A stretch of DNA of 32,388 nucleotides from Octopus bimaculoides (Eukaryota): contig NC_068989.1 in NCBI RefSeq assembly GCF_001194135.2, positions 91,021,559 through 91,053,946 of the forward strand, read 5' to 3'. The first letter of the stretch is position 1, and every line of letters begins with the position of its first letter. The notes under the pieces were generated by a model that ran no database searches, was not told the DNA's origin, and was given only the letters and a program-made list of their open reading frames with translations. The translations under genes and the position numbers were made by a program. Of this stretch, positions 11,000 to 22,480 are shown piece after piece.

Positions 11000-11431
11000 A
11001 AATTCGTTGTTTTTGGTGTTGTTTGTGCGTGTAACTGTGTATTTGCATGTGTGTATATATATGTGTGTGTACGTGTGTTTGTGTGTGTGTTTGTATGTGT
11101 GTGTGTGTATGTGTATGTGCATCGTTGTTTTTGAGAGTGTTTAGACTTAAACACAACGTACGCGCAAGAGTAAAATCAAGTATGAGGCACGCGCACGCAT
11201 GCGCATACGCAGACACATGAATATGATTGTGTGTGTGTGTGTGTGGGCGCGTATTGCTATATGTGCGTATGTTTGAGTGCAGTTGTGTGTGTATGTACGT
11301 TCGAGTGTGTGCATTTCTGCGCGCGCGTGTGTCTGTATGTATGTTTGAGAGTGAATGCCAACTTATACACAATTGTACGCGTGTACACACATATGCGAAT
11401 AGAAATTTATATATGCATGCATATATATATG

Positions 11432-11511
<80 letters not shown>

Positions 11512-11522
11512 TATATTTGTGC

Positions 11523-11558
<36 letters not shown>

Positions 11559-11736
11559 GTATATAAATATATATATTCACACACACATATATATATATGT
11601 AGACACATATACAGGCACAACCATACCTTGTGTTCCAGTGTATGTGTAAGCTCGTGTCTATACCTATATGTGTATGTATGCAGATACGCATACATGCATG
11701 TCAATATACACATGTATATATTTCTCTTTCCCTCTG

Positions 11737-11808
<72 letters not shown>

Positions 11809-12600
11809 NNNNNNNNNNNNNNNNNNNNNNNNNNNNNNNNNNNNNNNNNNNNNNNNNNNNNNNNNNNNNNNNNNNNNNNNNNNNNNNNNNNNNNNNNNNN
11901 NNNNNNNNNNNNNNNNNNNNNNNNNNNNNNNNNNNNNNNNNNNNNNNNNNNNNNNNNNNNNNNNNNNNNNNNNNNNNNNNNNNNNNNNNNNNNNNNNNNN
12001 NNNNNNNNNNNNNNNNNNNNNNNNNNNNNNNNNNNNNNNNNNNNNNNNNNNNNNNNNNNNNNNNNNNNNNNNNNNNNNNNNNNNNNNNNNNNNNNNNNNN
12101 NNNNNNNNNNNNNNNNNNNNNNNNNNNNNNNNNNNNNNNNNNNNNNNNNNNNNNNNNNNNNNNNNNNNNNNNNNNNNNNNNNNNNNNNNNNNNNNNNNNN
12201 NNNNNNNNNNNNNNNNNNNNNNNNNNNNNNNNNNNNNNNNNNNNNNNNNNNNNNNNNNNNNNNNNNNNNNNNNNNNNNNNNNNNNNNNNNNNNNNNNNNN
12301 NNNNNNNNNNNNNNNNNNNNNNNNNNNNNNNNNNNNNNNNNNNNNNNNNNNNNNNNNNNNNNNNNNNNNNNNNNNNNNNNNNNNNNNNNNNNNNNNNNNN
12401 NNNNNNNNNNNNNNNNNNNNNNNNNNNNNNNNNNNNNNNNNNNNNNNNNNNNNNNNNNNNNNNNNNNNNNNNNNNNNNNNNNNNNNNNNNNNNNNNNNNN
12501 NNNNNNNNNNNNNNNNNNNNNNNNNNNNNNNNNNNNNNNNNNNNNNNNNNNNNNNNNCACTAACTACTTGATAAATTCTTATAAAGATTTTGTCCTATAT

Positions 12601-12642
<42 letters not shown>

Positions 12643-12750
12643 GAGACGCATGTAATTGTGTATATACACATGTATATATGTATACGTATATATTTTTATA
12701 AACATACGCACATACACATAAAATTACACACGCACACACACATATGTTTA
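11000..12750. repeat. (TG)n/(TA)n/(CA)n microsatellite block containing the largest assembly gap (N 11809-12557)
   Basis: Direct. Other N-gaps: 8006-8381, 8879-8901, 10630-10736, 13654-13663, 15110-15616, 16413-16695, 18379-18760, 20444-20983, 24991-25468, 26439-26767, 29460-29525, 32086-32095. Confidence 0.95.
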
Positions 12751-13233
12751 TCTACAAACAGACAACTATATATACATGTTAGCTTGTGATTTTGTAAATG
12801 TATGTATCTGCGAAAAGAAGTTACATTAAGACATACGCATGCGCACAAACCAACTTACACAATATATACACGTACACAAACACATACATATTCGTGAATG
12901 CGCACATATATTTACGTCGGAATCGATGTATAAGCATATACGCAAAGCACAATTATCAATATAAACTTATACAGACATGCGCAGACACGGACCTACAAAC
13001 GAGAAGACATACTTTGCACTTCGGCAACTCAACATCTAACAATCACGTGATTCACTGAACTGCTCGAAGAAGCAGAATCTACATCACAGTTCATTAATTA
13101 TTTCCGTAATTGCAACTCAATCATGACAGGTTCTAGATCTCCGTCTCTCGCAGAGGAGTCGTGGTGCTAAAAACTTGCTCAGGGCTAAAGATAACAGTAT
13201 AAAAAAATCTTCAATTATTATAAAAGAAATTAA

Positions 13234-13310
13234 GCATGATTGTGTAGCAAGATGTTTGCTTCCCAAACACATCGTTCCGGCCTCAGTCGCAATGCCTGGC
13301 AATTGGGTGC
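13234..13310 (+). mobile_element. SINE family B head fragment
   Basis: TGTGTAGCAAG..GTTTGCTTCCCAAACACATCGTTCCGG..TCAGTCGCAATGC aligns with the head of other family B copies. Confidence 0.55.
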
Positions 13311-13459
13311 CTACAAGGTCAACCCTTTGGTGACCAAAGTCATGGAACCATTGTAAATTTCTGATGCAGCGGATATAAAATTGTTAAAGAGGACAACAAA
13401 CGTTAAGGCAAGAAAAAAGTCTCAAGTCATATACGTTATTATTACTGGAAAAATTCAAA

Positions 13460-13515
13460 GTCTTACAGCTGTTTCTGGGATATCATAGAATATGGGATAT
13501 TCCGTCATCGGAAAC
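13460..13515 (-). ncRNA. Minimal type I hammerhead-ribozyme-like motif with CCGAUGA variant core
   Basis: Minus strand: GUUU-CCGAUGA-C-GGAAUAUC[11 nt]GAUAUCCC-A-GAAAC-AGCU-GUA^AGAC. Stem I has 4 bp, stem II 7 of 8 bp, and stem III is the palindrome ACAGCUGU. The putative cleavage site lies between 13464 and 13463. Confidence 0.65.
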
Positions 13516-13666
13516 AAATAGGGAAAATGAAAAGGGTATAGATTAATGAAATGACGATATAGAGGACAGGAGAAAGGAATAAGGTGATGAAGAGAAAGAA
13601 GAAAGAGAAGAAAAAAGAAGCATACACATACATACATACATACATACATATATNNNNNNNNNNATA

Positions 13667-14558
13667 CAGGGTATTTCAAAAACTTTGGTGTCATTTCGCA
13701 ACCTAATAGCGTTGCCAGTTCTGGTTCATATGACTTCAAATTTTAACAGCATGTGTAAAAGCAGGTCAAAATTTTATGTTTACTGTTTGATTTGCTTATC
13801 TTTTCAGGTATAGAAATGGCATTCAGTGGAAGTGAAAAGGCGTTTTGTGTGTTGGAGTATGCTCAGACACAGCCGAACAAGACTGTGCAGCGCGCATTTG
13901 TCAGAGATCTCTCTAAAAAGTCACCAACGGAAATGCAGATTTGGACATGGCACAAAAAATTCAAAGAGGAAGGCTGTCTGTGCAGGGCAAAAGGATCTGG
14001 ACGACCACCAACATCGGACAAGAAGAACAAGTCTGGAAATCCAGATTCCTCCCACGACAGTTTGGCGCGTCCTGAAGAAACGCTTGCTAATGAAACCCTA
14101 CAAGCTGCAGCCCTTTCAAGCCATAACGGCAGATGACAAGCGAAAGCGCAAACAATTCTGTGTTGATATGCAAGAGAAATTTGAAGAAGCCGAATCCAAG
14201 GAACGTCTTGTTTTCAGTGATGAGGCCACATTTCATACGAATGGCAAAGTCAATAAGCATAATGTTCGCATTTGGGGTGAAGAAAATCCCCATGTTACAT
14301 TTGAGCATGAGAGGGACGCACCAAAAATAAATGTGTTCTGCGCCATCTCCACGAAGCATCTTCATGGCCTGTTTATCTTTGAGGGAAATGTGACCGGCGA
14401 TGTGAAATCGTTCATGGAATCCACATACCTTTGAAATTGTCATTCAAATGTGGAGGAATAAATCTTATGTTGCTCAACATTAAGTTTCATTTGCTTTGAC
14501 TATGTAGTTTCTGTAATATTTACATCTCAAATGATATCAAATCTTTTGAAACACCCTA
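13667..14558 (+). mobile_element. Tc1/mariner-superfamily element, rosa (DD41D)-like, internally deleted, both TIRs present
   Basis: Left TA|CAGGGTATTTCAAAAACTTTGGTGTCAT versus reverse-complemented right TA|TAGGGTGTTTCAAAAGATTTGATATCAT; TA flanks at 13665-13666 and 14559-14560. Confidence 0.92.
13816..14434 (+). pseudogene. Frameshifted, C-terminally deleted rosa-like transposase
   Basis: MAFSGSEKAFCVLEYAQT...WHKKFKEEGCLCRAKGSGRP (N-terminal HTH region) is followed in another frame by KPYKLQ...LVFSDEATFHTNGKVNKHNVRIWGEENPH...PKINVFCAIS. The second and third catalytic Asp regions are absent. The family call rests on the FSDEAxFHxNGxVNxxNxRxW signature. Confidence 0.85.
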
Positions 14559-14833
14559 TATATATATGCATATATATATATATATAGTGTATAAATGTAC
14601 TCAAGCGAAATATATATTTGAAATCATTTATTACGAACGTTTCAAGTCTGTATAACTTATTGTGGGAAATGCATCCATTACGTAAGATCTTCTTCAATTA
14701 AAACATTTAAAAGTGGTAATACATATATATATATCAACAAGCACGCGCACACACACTAACACACACACAGACTCACACACGCACACACACATATATAAAT
14801 AATAATACGTACATATTGGGTTAAAGAGTGGGA

Positions 14834-14906
14834 GGCTGCGGGTGCGATTCAAACCCACATCTTCTGTAGGCATAATAGGCATTTTACCATTGTACCAAAG
14901 CAATCC
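14834..14906 (-). pseudogene. Degenerate tRNA-like sequence (tRNA pseudogene or isolated SINE head)
   Basis: 73 nt with an A-box-like TGGTACAATGG and a T-arm GTGGG-TTTGAAT-CGCAC at tRNA-like spacing. Acceptor, D and anticodon stems pair poorly. Confidence 0.3.
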
Positions 14907-15067
14907 TTCGAATTTCCTTATCCATTTTAGAAACTTTATTATTCCTATTGAGAATCACAGTGGAGTAATTCACTTTTTTCCTATTGGTTGCCGAAGAAAG
15001 TATACAACTATAAATAATAGCATCTAAAAAATTTTGGCTGAAAATAAAATATACAAACATACACACA

Positions 15068-15103
<36 letters not shown>

Positions 15104-15718
15104 TATATANNNNNNNNNNNNNNNNNNNNNNNNNNNNNNNNNNNNNNNNNNNNNNNNNNNNNNNNNNNNNNNNNNNNNNNNNNNNNNNNNNNNNNNNNNN
15201 NNNNNNNNNNNNNNNNNNNNNNNNNNNNNNNNNNNNNNNNNNNNNNNNNNNNNNNNNNNNNNNNNNNNNNNNNNNNNNNNNNNNNNNNNNNNNNNNNNNN
15301 NNNNNNNNNNNNNNNNNNNNNNNNNNNNNNNNNNNNNNNNNNNNNNNNNNNNNNNNNNNNNNNNNNNNNNNNNNNNNNNNNNNNNNNNNNNNNNNNNNNN
15401 NNNNNNNNNNNNNNNNNNNNNNNNNNNNNNNNNNNNNNNNNNNNNNNNNNNNNNNNNNNNNNNNNNNNNNNNNNNNNNNNNNNNNNNNNNNNNNNNNNNN
15501 NNNNNNNNNNNNNNNNNNNNNNNNNNNNNNNNNNNNNNNNNNNNNNNNNNNNNNNNNNNNNNNNNNNNNNNNNNNNNNNNNNNNNNNNNNNNNNNNNNNN
15601 NNNNNNNNNNNNNNNNATACATATATATACATATATATGTATATTATATAAACACATATATATATATATATACATATATACATACATAATATATATATAC
15701 ATATACATGCACATACAT

Positions 15719-15765
<47 letters not shown>

Positions 15766-16787
15766 TATATATACCTACATACATACGTAAACATATATAT
15801 GTGTTTGGAGCAGACAAAAAGAAATGTAAGAAATATGGATTGATGGAAGGTAAAGGAAAAATAACTCAATACAAACAAGGTATTTCGTTTTCCCTTTCTA
15901 TCATTTCAGTGAATCTTCTGCTTTGAAGAGTAAAAATATAATGACGTAAAGCAATTAACAGATAAAATGATTTAATGAACGGAACGGTGGTGAAGCGTAC
16001 AAGTTGAAGGGAATGAAAATGAGTGAATGCGAAGGAATGAAATATGTTGTGAAAGAGAGGAACTAGGGTTGGCGTTGGGTGGAATGAGATTATTTGAAGG
16101 AAATCAGAAATAAATGTGGATTGAGACAAACAGGAGTTAGACGGCCCCAGATAAGTAACGTCTCCATAGTGAACGTATATACATAAACACACAGACACAG
16201 ACATACACACATAGACACACACACAAACACACATATACATATACAATATCCTCTTAGATGTATATATATATATATATATACATATTTACATACGCATATA
16301 TTCATAAGTATATACACACAGACACACGCATATATATATATATGAATATATATATATATATTTACATACAAATATATGTATATACATATACATACATATA
16401 TGTATATATATANNNNNNNNNNNNNNNNNNNNNNNNNNNNNNNNNNNNNNNNNNNNNNNNNNNNNNNNNNNNNNNNNNNNNNNNNNNNNNNNNNNNNNNN
16501 NNNNNNNNNNNNNNNNNNNNNNNNNNNNNNNNNNNNNNNNNNNNNNNNNNNNNNNNNNNNNNNNNNNNNNNNNNNNNNNNNNNNNNNNNNNNNNNNNNNN
16601 NNNNNNNNNNNNNNNNNNNNNNNNNNNNNNNNNNNNNNNNNNNNNNNNNNNNNNNNNNNNNNNNNNNNNNNNNNNNNNNNNNNNNNNNNNNNNNNTATAT
16701 ACATATATATATATATATATACGTACACACACATATGTATATAACATATACGTATATATATGTATCTTGGTATATGTACATAGTTAG

Positions 16788-16822
<35 letters not shown>

Positions 16823-16875
16823 CACCTGTATACACGTATTTGTGTGTGTATATAATATATATATATTTGTGTGTA

Positions 16876-16906
<31 letters not shown>

Positions 16907-17199
16907 ATATATGTATACATACATATATGTATGTATCCTCGTGAAAGGTTGAAGAGATGCGGTTTAATGGATTACGTGGCAGAGAGAAAGAGAGGGAGAA
17001 AGATGGAGCGAGGAGAAGGATAGAGAGTGGACAAGAGAGAATAGAAATCTATATCCATAAATATTTTGCCTGTCGATGGAATATAGAGAAGCCCCTGAAT
17101 GATGAAGCGATGGACGCGTAGAGTTGCACTTAGACTAGCCATAAATAAAGTGGAGTCAATCGCACCAGAACCAAGACGGCCTCCATTATTAATAATAAC

Positions 17200-17354
17200 A
17201 ACGAACAACAACAACCACAACAACAACAACAAATAGTAATAATAATAATAATGATGATGATGATAACAATAATAATAATAATGATAACATAATAATAATA
17301 ATAATAATAAAAATAATAATGATAACGATAATGATTAATGATGATGATAATAAT
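17200..17354. repeat. (AAC)n/(AAT)n/(GAT)n tract forming the tail of the adjacent minus-strand SINE
   Basis: Direct; abuts the SINE 3' end. Confidence 0.85.
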
Positions 17355-17573
17355 AATCCTTTCTACTATAGGCACAAAGCATGAAATGTTGGTGGCAGGG
17401 CAGTCGATTACTTCGATCCCCAATGCGCAACTGGTACTTAATTTATCGACCCCCGAAAGGATGAAAGGCAAAGTCGACCTCGGCGGAATATTTGAACTCA
17501 GAACATAAAGACGGACGAAATGCCGCTTAGCATTTCGTCCGGCATGCTAACGTTTCTGCCAGGTCGTCGCCTT
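17355..17573 (-). mobile_element. tRNA-headed SINE, family A, near full length (best-preserved copy)
   Basis: Reverse complement: AAGGCGACGACCTGGCAGAAACGTTAGC (A box), CTGAGTTCAAATATTCC (B box), GTCGACTTTGCCTTTCATCCTTTCGGGGGTCGATAAATTAAGTACCAG, then GTGCCTATAGTAGAAAGG and a simple-repeat tail. Confidence 0.93.
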
Positions 17574-17910
17574 CAGGATCATAGATATTGCCATAGCTGG
17601 GGATGTGGGTAACAAAGTACTGGAAAAGACAGAGAAGTACAAGCCCCTAAATGATGAGATTGCCCAAATGTTGGCAATAAAGAGAATAACTGTCACCCCA
17701 GTGGTTGTAGGGGTACTAGGATCGTTAACAACCAGGTTTAGTAAATTTGGTGGAGGAACTGGGATTGATTTGAGGGTAGAACATGCTAAAAAAACTGCTC
17801 TATTGAGGACAGCGACAATTTTGGAACTGGTACTTGGATGTTAAGTATTGTGGAAAGAGACTCTGAGAACTTTTGACAAGGGGTTGTTGTCCGCTCTTAC
17901 AGAACTAAAC
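17574..17910 (+). mobile_element. R4/Dong-like (R2-superfamily) LINE 3' end encoding the C-terminal part of the restriction-like endonuclease
   Basis: From 17578: IIDIAIAGDVGNKVLEKTEKYKPL..EIAQML...TPVVVGVLG...AKKTALLRTATILELVLGC*. This matches the RLE signature DxAxP...EKxEKYxxL...PVVxGALG...QKxALLGTAxIL. Confidence 0.85.
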
Positions 17911-18313
17911 GGAGCAAGCGAAATTGAGAGTTCTGGGAAGTGAAATGGAAATAATAATGGTTATAAAAGATGACCACACCTCTCCGAACCCAGCATTGCA
18001 ATGACTTGTCTTCACTATCAGAGCGGTCAGTCTAATTTCATGGCAAACAGCTTGAAAATAGTTTATGAATGATAAGCTGTGATGAAGATAAAGACAGCGT
18101 TCAAACACCTTCTGTCTTCAGTAGCATTATCTATTAATTTTTCGTTTAATTAATAGAATGTATGCAGAGATATGTTACATATGGTTTGCAGGTATATATA
18201 CATTTACACACACACACTCAAACGCATACGTACATACATATATGTATTAATATACATATGTACACATATACACACATATATATACACATATACGCATATA
18301 TATACACATATAT

Positions 18314-18378
<65 letters not shown>

Positions 18379-18798
18379 NNNNNNNNNNNNNNNNNNNNNN
18401 NNNNNNNNNNNNNNNNNNNNNNNNNNNNNNNNNNNNNNNNNNNNNNNNNNNNNNNNNNNNNNNNNNNNNNNNNNNNNNNNNNNNNNNNNNNNNNNNNNNN
18501 NNNNNNNNNNNNNNNNNNNNNNNNNNNNNNNNNNNNNNNNNNNNNNNNNNNNNNNNNNNNNNNNNNNNNNNNNNNNNNNNNNNNNNNNNNNNNNNNNNNN
18601 NNNNNNNNNNNNNNNNNNNNNNNNNNNNNNNNNNNNNNNNNNNNNNNNNNNNNNNNNNNNNNNNNNNNNNNNNNNNNNNNNNNNNNNNNNNNNNNNNNNN
18701 NNNNNNNNNNNNNNNNNNNNNNNNNNNNNNNNNNNNNNNNNNNNNNNNNNNNNNNNNNNNATATATATATATATATACATATACATACATATATATAT

Positions 18799-18833
<35 letters not shown>

Positions 18834-18838
18834 CATGT

Positions 18839-18875
<37 letters not shown>

Positions 18876-19079
18876 CGTACACGTATATACACACACACAC
18901 GCATATATATGTAGCAATATAGAAGTTCACACACACGCACACACAATCTCACGCACACAAGGTGAGTTAAAAATCAACGATAGGGGGAGATAAAGAATAG
19001 AACTATAGTGAAAAGGCGCGAAAATGCAGCCTACACTACGCTTGGCATCGCGACACACCTTACCCTCTAATATTGAAAG

Positions 19080-19110
<31 letters not shown>

Positions 19111-19329
19111 AAGGAAGAACAGCATAAAGAAAGAAGGAAAAAGACAGAGAAATGAGACGAAAGTGAAAGTATAAGAAAATATTGCAACATAGATTGAATA
19201 TAGAAGAGAAACTAGGAAATGACGTGGATGAATTTAATGGCAACTCGAGGTTAAAACAAGTTGAAAGGATATTGGTGAGGGACGATATTACTGAAGAAAG
19301 CGTCCATTGATTAGCAGGAAATGTCTGTC

Positions 19330-19363
19330 GATTATTATTACAACTATTATTATTATTTTTACA

Positions 19364-19461
<98 letters not shown>

Positions 19462-19466
19462 CATTA

Positions 19467-19522
<56 letters not shown>

Positions 19523-19666
19523 ATTTTTGCTGTTGTTATTGCGGTTGTTTTGTTGTTGCTGTTATTATTTACAGATTTCTTCTTCTTCTTCTTCTTCTTC
19601 TTCTTCTTTTTAAAATATACAAGCTACACCCAAATATAGTGTCTATAGATGTCAATGGACTTATCA

Positions 19667-19739
<73 letters not shown>

Positions 19740-19748
19740 CATTATTAC

Positions 19749-19790
<42 letters not shown>

Positions 19791-19850
19791 CATTATTATT
19801 ATTAATACCATTATTACTATTATTGTTGTTGTTGTTGTTATTGTTGTTGG
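19330..19850. repeat. (TAT)n/(TTC)n/(TTG)n microsatellite block
   Basis: Direct tandem repeats. Confidence 0.95.
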
Positions 19851-19966
19851 GCCTGAAGTAGCCACAGCAGCTTTAAATTGCTGGACGTTCGTTTTATATG
19901 AAACACGAAAACGGGTAAAGATTAATATCATTTTAGGTTTTGTGCAGAGACCGAATTAGAGAGAGA

Positions 19967-20018
<52 letters not shown>

Positions 20019-20399
20019 TAGAGAGAGAGAGATAGATAGATAGATAAAGAGAGAGAGAAGGGTTTGAAGGTGAGACATGGAAGGCGATGAGTCAGTGGAG
20101 GTGGTGTGTGAACGTGGGGGGTGGGTGTGATTTTCATGGTTAGCTTTCTATTATTTACTTCAGAAATTTAAATCGCAGCCACATATATACACGATCTCGT
20201 ACACACAACCATGCATACGCATACATATGTTGTGAATGTGGTTGTGTGTTTACTTATATGCGTGTGTGTATATATATATGTGCGTATATACACACATATG
20301 CACATGATATAAAGGAAAATGTGCACAGATGAAATCAATAAGTATCTAATAAATGTATACCTGATTATACATATAAATACATACGTATATGCATAAACA

Positions 20400-20443
<44 letters not shown>

Positions 20444-20983
20444 NNNNNNNNNNNNNNNNNNNNNNNNNNNNNNNNNNNNNNNNNNNNNNNNNNNNNNNNN
20501 NNNNNNNNNNNNNNNNNNNNNNNNNNNNNNNNNNNNNNNNNNNNNNNNNNNNNNNNNNNNNNNNNNNNNNNNNNNNNNNNNNNNNNNNNNNNNNNNNNNN
20601 NNNNNNNNNNNNNNNNNNNNNNNNNNNNNNNNNNNNNNNNNNNNNNNNNNNNNNNNNNNNNNNNNNNNNNNNNNNNNNNNNNNNNNNNNNNNNNNNNNNN
20701 NNNNNNNNNNNNNNNNNNNNNNNNNNNNNNNNNNNNNNNNNNNNNNNNNNNNNNNNNNNNNNNNNNNNNNNNNNNNNNNNNNNNNNNNNNNNNNNNNNNN
20801 NNNNNNNNNNNNNNNNNNNNNNNNNNNNNNNNNNNNNNNNNNNNNNNNNNNNNNNNNNNNNNNNNNNNNNNNNNNNNNNNNNNNNNNNNNNNNNNNNNNN
20901 NNNNNNNNNNNNNNNNNNNNNNNNNNNNNNNNNNNNNNNNNNNNNNNNNNNNNNNNNNNNNNNNNNNNNNNNNNNNNNNNNNN

Positions 20984-21037
<54 letters not shown>

Positions 21038-21321
21038 GAAGAGGGACCGAAAGAGAGGGAGACAGTTAAAAAGTGAGAGAGAGAGAGAAAGATAGAACGA
21101 GAGGAAAAAATAAGAGTTAGTCCACGTGCATTTACAAGATGGCCGTATGCTCTGGAGAAATGGAAGCGAGATGTGAGGAATGTGGTTCCCAACATTGAAT
21201 AACTCACAAACACTTGTAATGTATGTTGTGTATATGTGTCAGCTATTATATGTGTATGCGTGCGTGTGTGTGTTTGCATTTATTTGTGTCTATGTATCTT
21301 ACGTATCTATGTGTACATGCT

Positions 21322-21476
21322 CGTGTGTGCGTAAGAAGCTTGCTTTTCAACCACATGGTTCCAGGCTTAGTCCCACTGAGTTGCGCCTTGAGCAAGTGTC
21401 TTCTACTATAGCCTCGGGTCGACCAAAGCCTTGTGAGTGGATTTGGTAGACAGAAACCGAAAGAAGCCCGTCGTAT
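21322..21476 (+). mobile_element. tRNA-headed SINE, family B
   Basis: GTAAGAAGCTTGCTTTTCAACCACATGGTTCCAGGCTTAGTCCC...GAGCAAGTGTCTTCTACTATAGCCTCGGG...GTGGATTTGGTAGACAGAAACCGAAAGAAGCCCGTCG, followed by a (TA)n tail. Confidence 0.9.
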
Positions 21477-21540
21477 ATATATATATATATTAGAAAAATA
21501 ATACATTAGGAATGTGAACCCAGGTTCGAAATTTCCCCAA

Positions 21541-21583
21541 GACACCTGATGAAGGCTGGAGGGTATATCAGCCGAAACGTGTT
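21541..21583 (+). ncRNA. Hammerhead-like motif with canonical CUGAUGA core, probably inactive; within a probable Penelope pLTR fragment (~21490-21665)
   Basis: GACAC-CUGAUGA-A-GGCUG[10 nt]CAGCC-GAAAC-GUGUU. Stem II is a perfect 5 bp, but the stem III/NUH segment appears about 3 nt too short. Confidence 0.65.
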
Positions 21584-21679
21584 AACAACAAATAAGATGA
21601 GGACAAATATCCGTCGAATGTAAATAATGCATTATAGATTCCTGTTCTCTTCGAAGGCAGAACGTAAAGCAATATCTAA

Positions 21680-22020
21680 AACGGTGGTGGGTCAGGTGTT
21701 AGACTGGCGGCGTGTTGTTAAATCGGATGTCCTTAATGTACTCTGTGAATCTGCCAACTTATCTCCGATCGGGGTTGCTAATGTTATCTCATCCGTATGA
21801 TAGGAACTTCAAGCTGTACATGAGATTATTTATGGTACAAGTGAAGGGCTTTGAGATAAGGCAGGAGTGATTGCTAGGATCGATTAGGGTAGGTGTGTTG
21901 GGGAGGAAGGGCAGAGGTAGAAAAGACTAGTGTTGCATGCGAAAAGTCGAGGATAATTGCTGAGGTTGTTAGGATTAACTACAGCTTAGGCGGTTTATTG
22001 TGAGTTGTAAATCAAGATAT
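21680..22020 (-). mobile_element. Penelope-like element GIY-YIG endonuclease remnant
   Basis: Manual translation: ..ACNTSLFYLCP/FLPNTPTLIDPSNHSCLISKPFTCTINNLMYSL..SYG*DNISNPDRR*VGRFTEYIKDIRFNNTPPV*HL. Compare PLE C..C...FTCTSxNxIYCIxC..C...YIGxTxRRLxxRFxEHLRDI...PVxxHF. FTCT is at 21845-21834. Confidence 0.75.
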
Positions 22021-22044
22021 ATGTAACGCAATTTGTATATTGCT

Positions 22045-22305
22045 AGTGAGAGCAATGGAATGGCTGTATCCTTATACTGCCGGACAAAATGCCTTGCGAC
22101 ATTTTTTCCGGCTCTTTACGTTCGAGTTCACTTCCCGTTGACGTAGGCTTTGACGTTCCTCTCTCTGGAGTTGATAAAATGAAATATCAATCAATTTCTG
22201 GGGATGATACAATTGACTAACCCTCACTCCTCCGCCTTCCTTCCTCCTGTCCCCCCATCAAAACCACAAAATCTTTGCTCTTGTGCCTAAATTAGAAACA
22301 GTAAT
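22045..22305 (+). mobile_element. SINE family A (degenerate)
   Basis: GGACAAAATGCCTTGCGACATTT...TTTACGTTCGAGTTCAC...GATAAAATGAAATATCA...CTTGTGCCTAAATTAGAAAC. Confidence 0.65.
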
Positions 22306-22311
22306 ATTATA

Positions 22312-22480
22312 CGGTGAGCTGGAAGAGTCGTTAGAGCGTTGGAAGCAATACCTTGTGGTATTTTCCTGACTTTTACATTCTGAGTTTAAATTTTACTGGG
22401 GTCAATTTTGCTACCCTTCCATTTGGGGTCGATTAAATACCAACTAAATACTGGAATCGATGTTTTGGATTAACTCACTC
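22312..22480 (+). mobile_element. SINE family A (degenerate), head-to-tail with the previous copy
   Basis: CGGTGAGCTGGAAGAGTCGTTAG...TTACATTCTGAGTTTAAAT...GGGGTCGATTAAATACCAAC. Confidence 0.7.

Noticed and set aside
15900-16170. Possible L2/CR1 3' remnant on the minus strand
   Set aside because: Only a vague similarity (SLSQHISFLRIHSFSFPST); no diagnostic LWNxLP motif.
19170-19310. Short protein-looking frame (IEEKLGNDVDEFNGNSRLKQVERILVRDD)
   Set aside because: No start codon, a weak acceptor, no donor and no recognisable homology.
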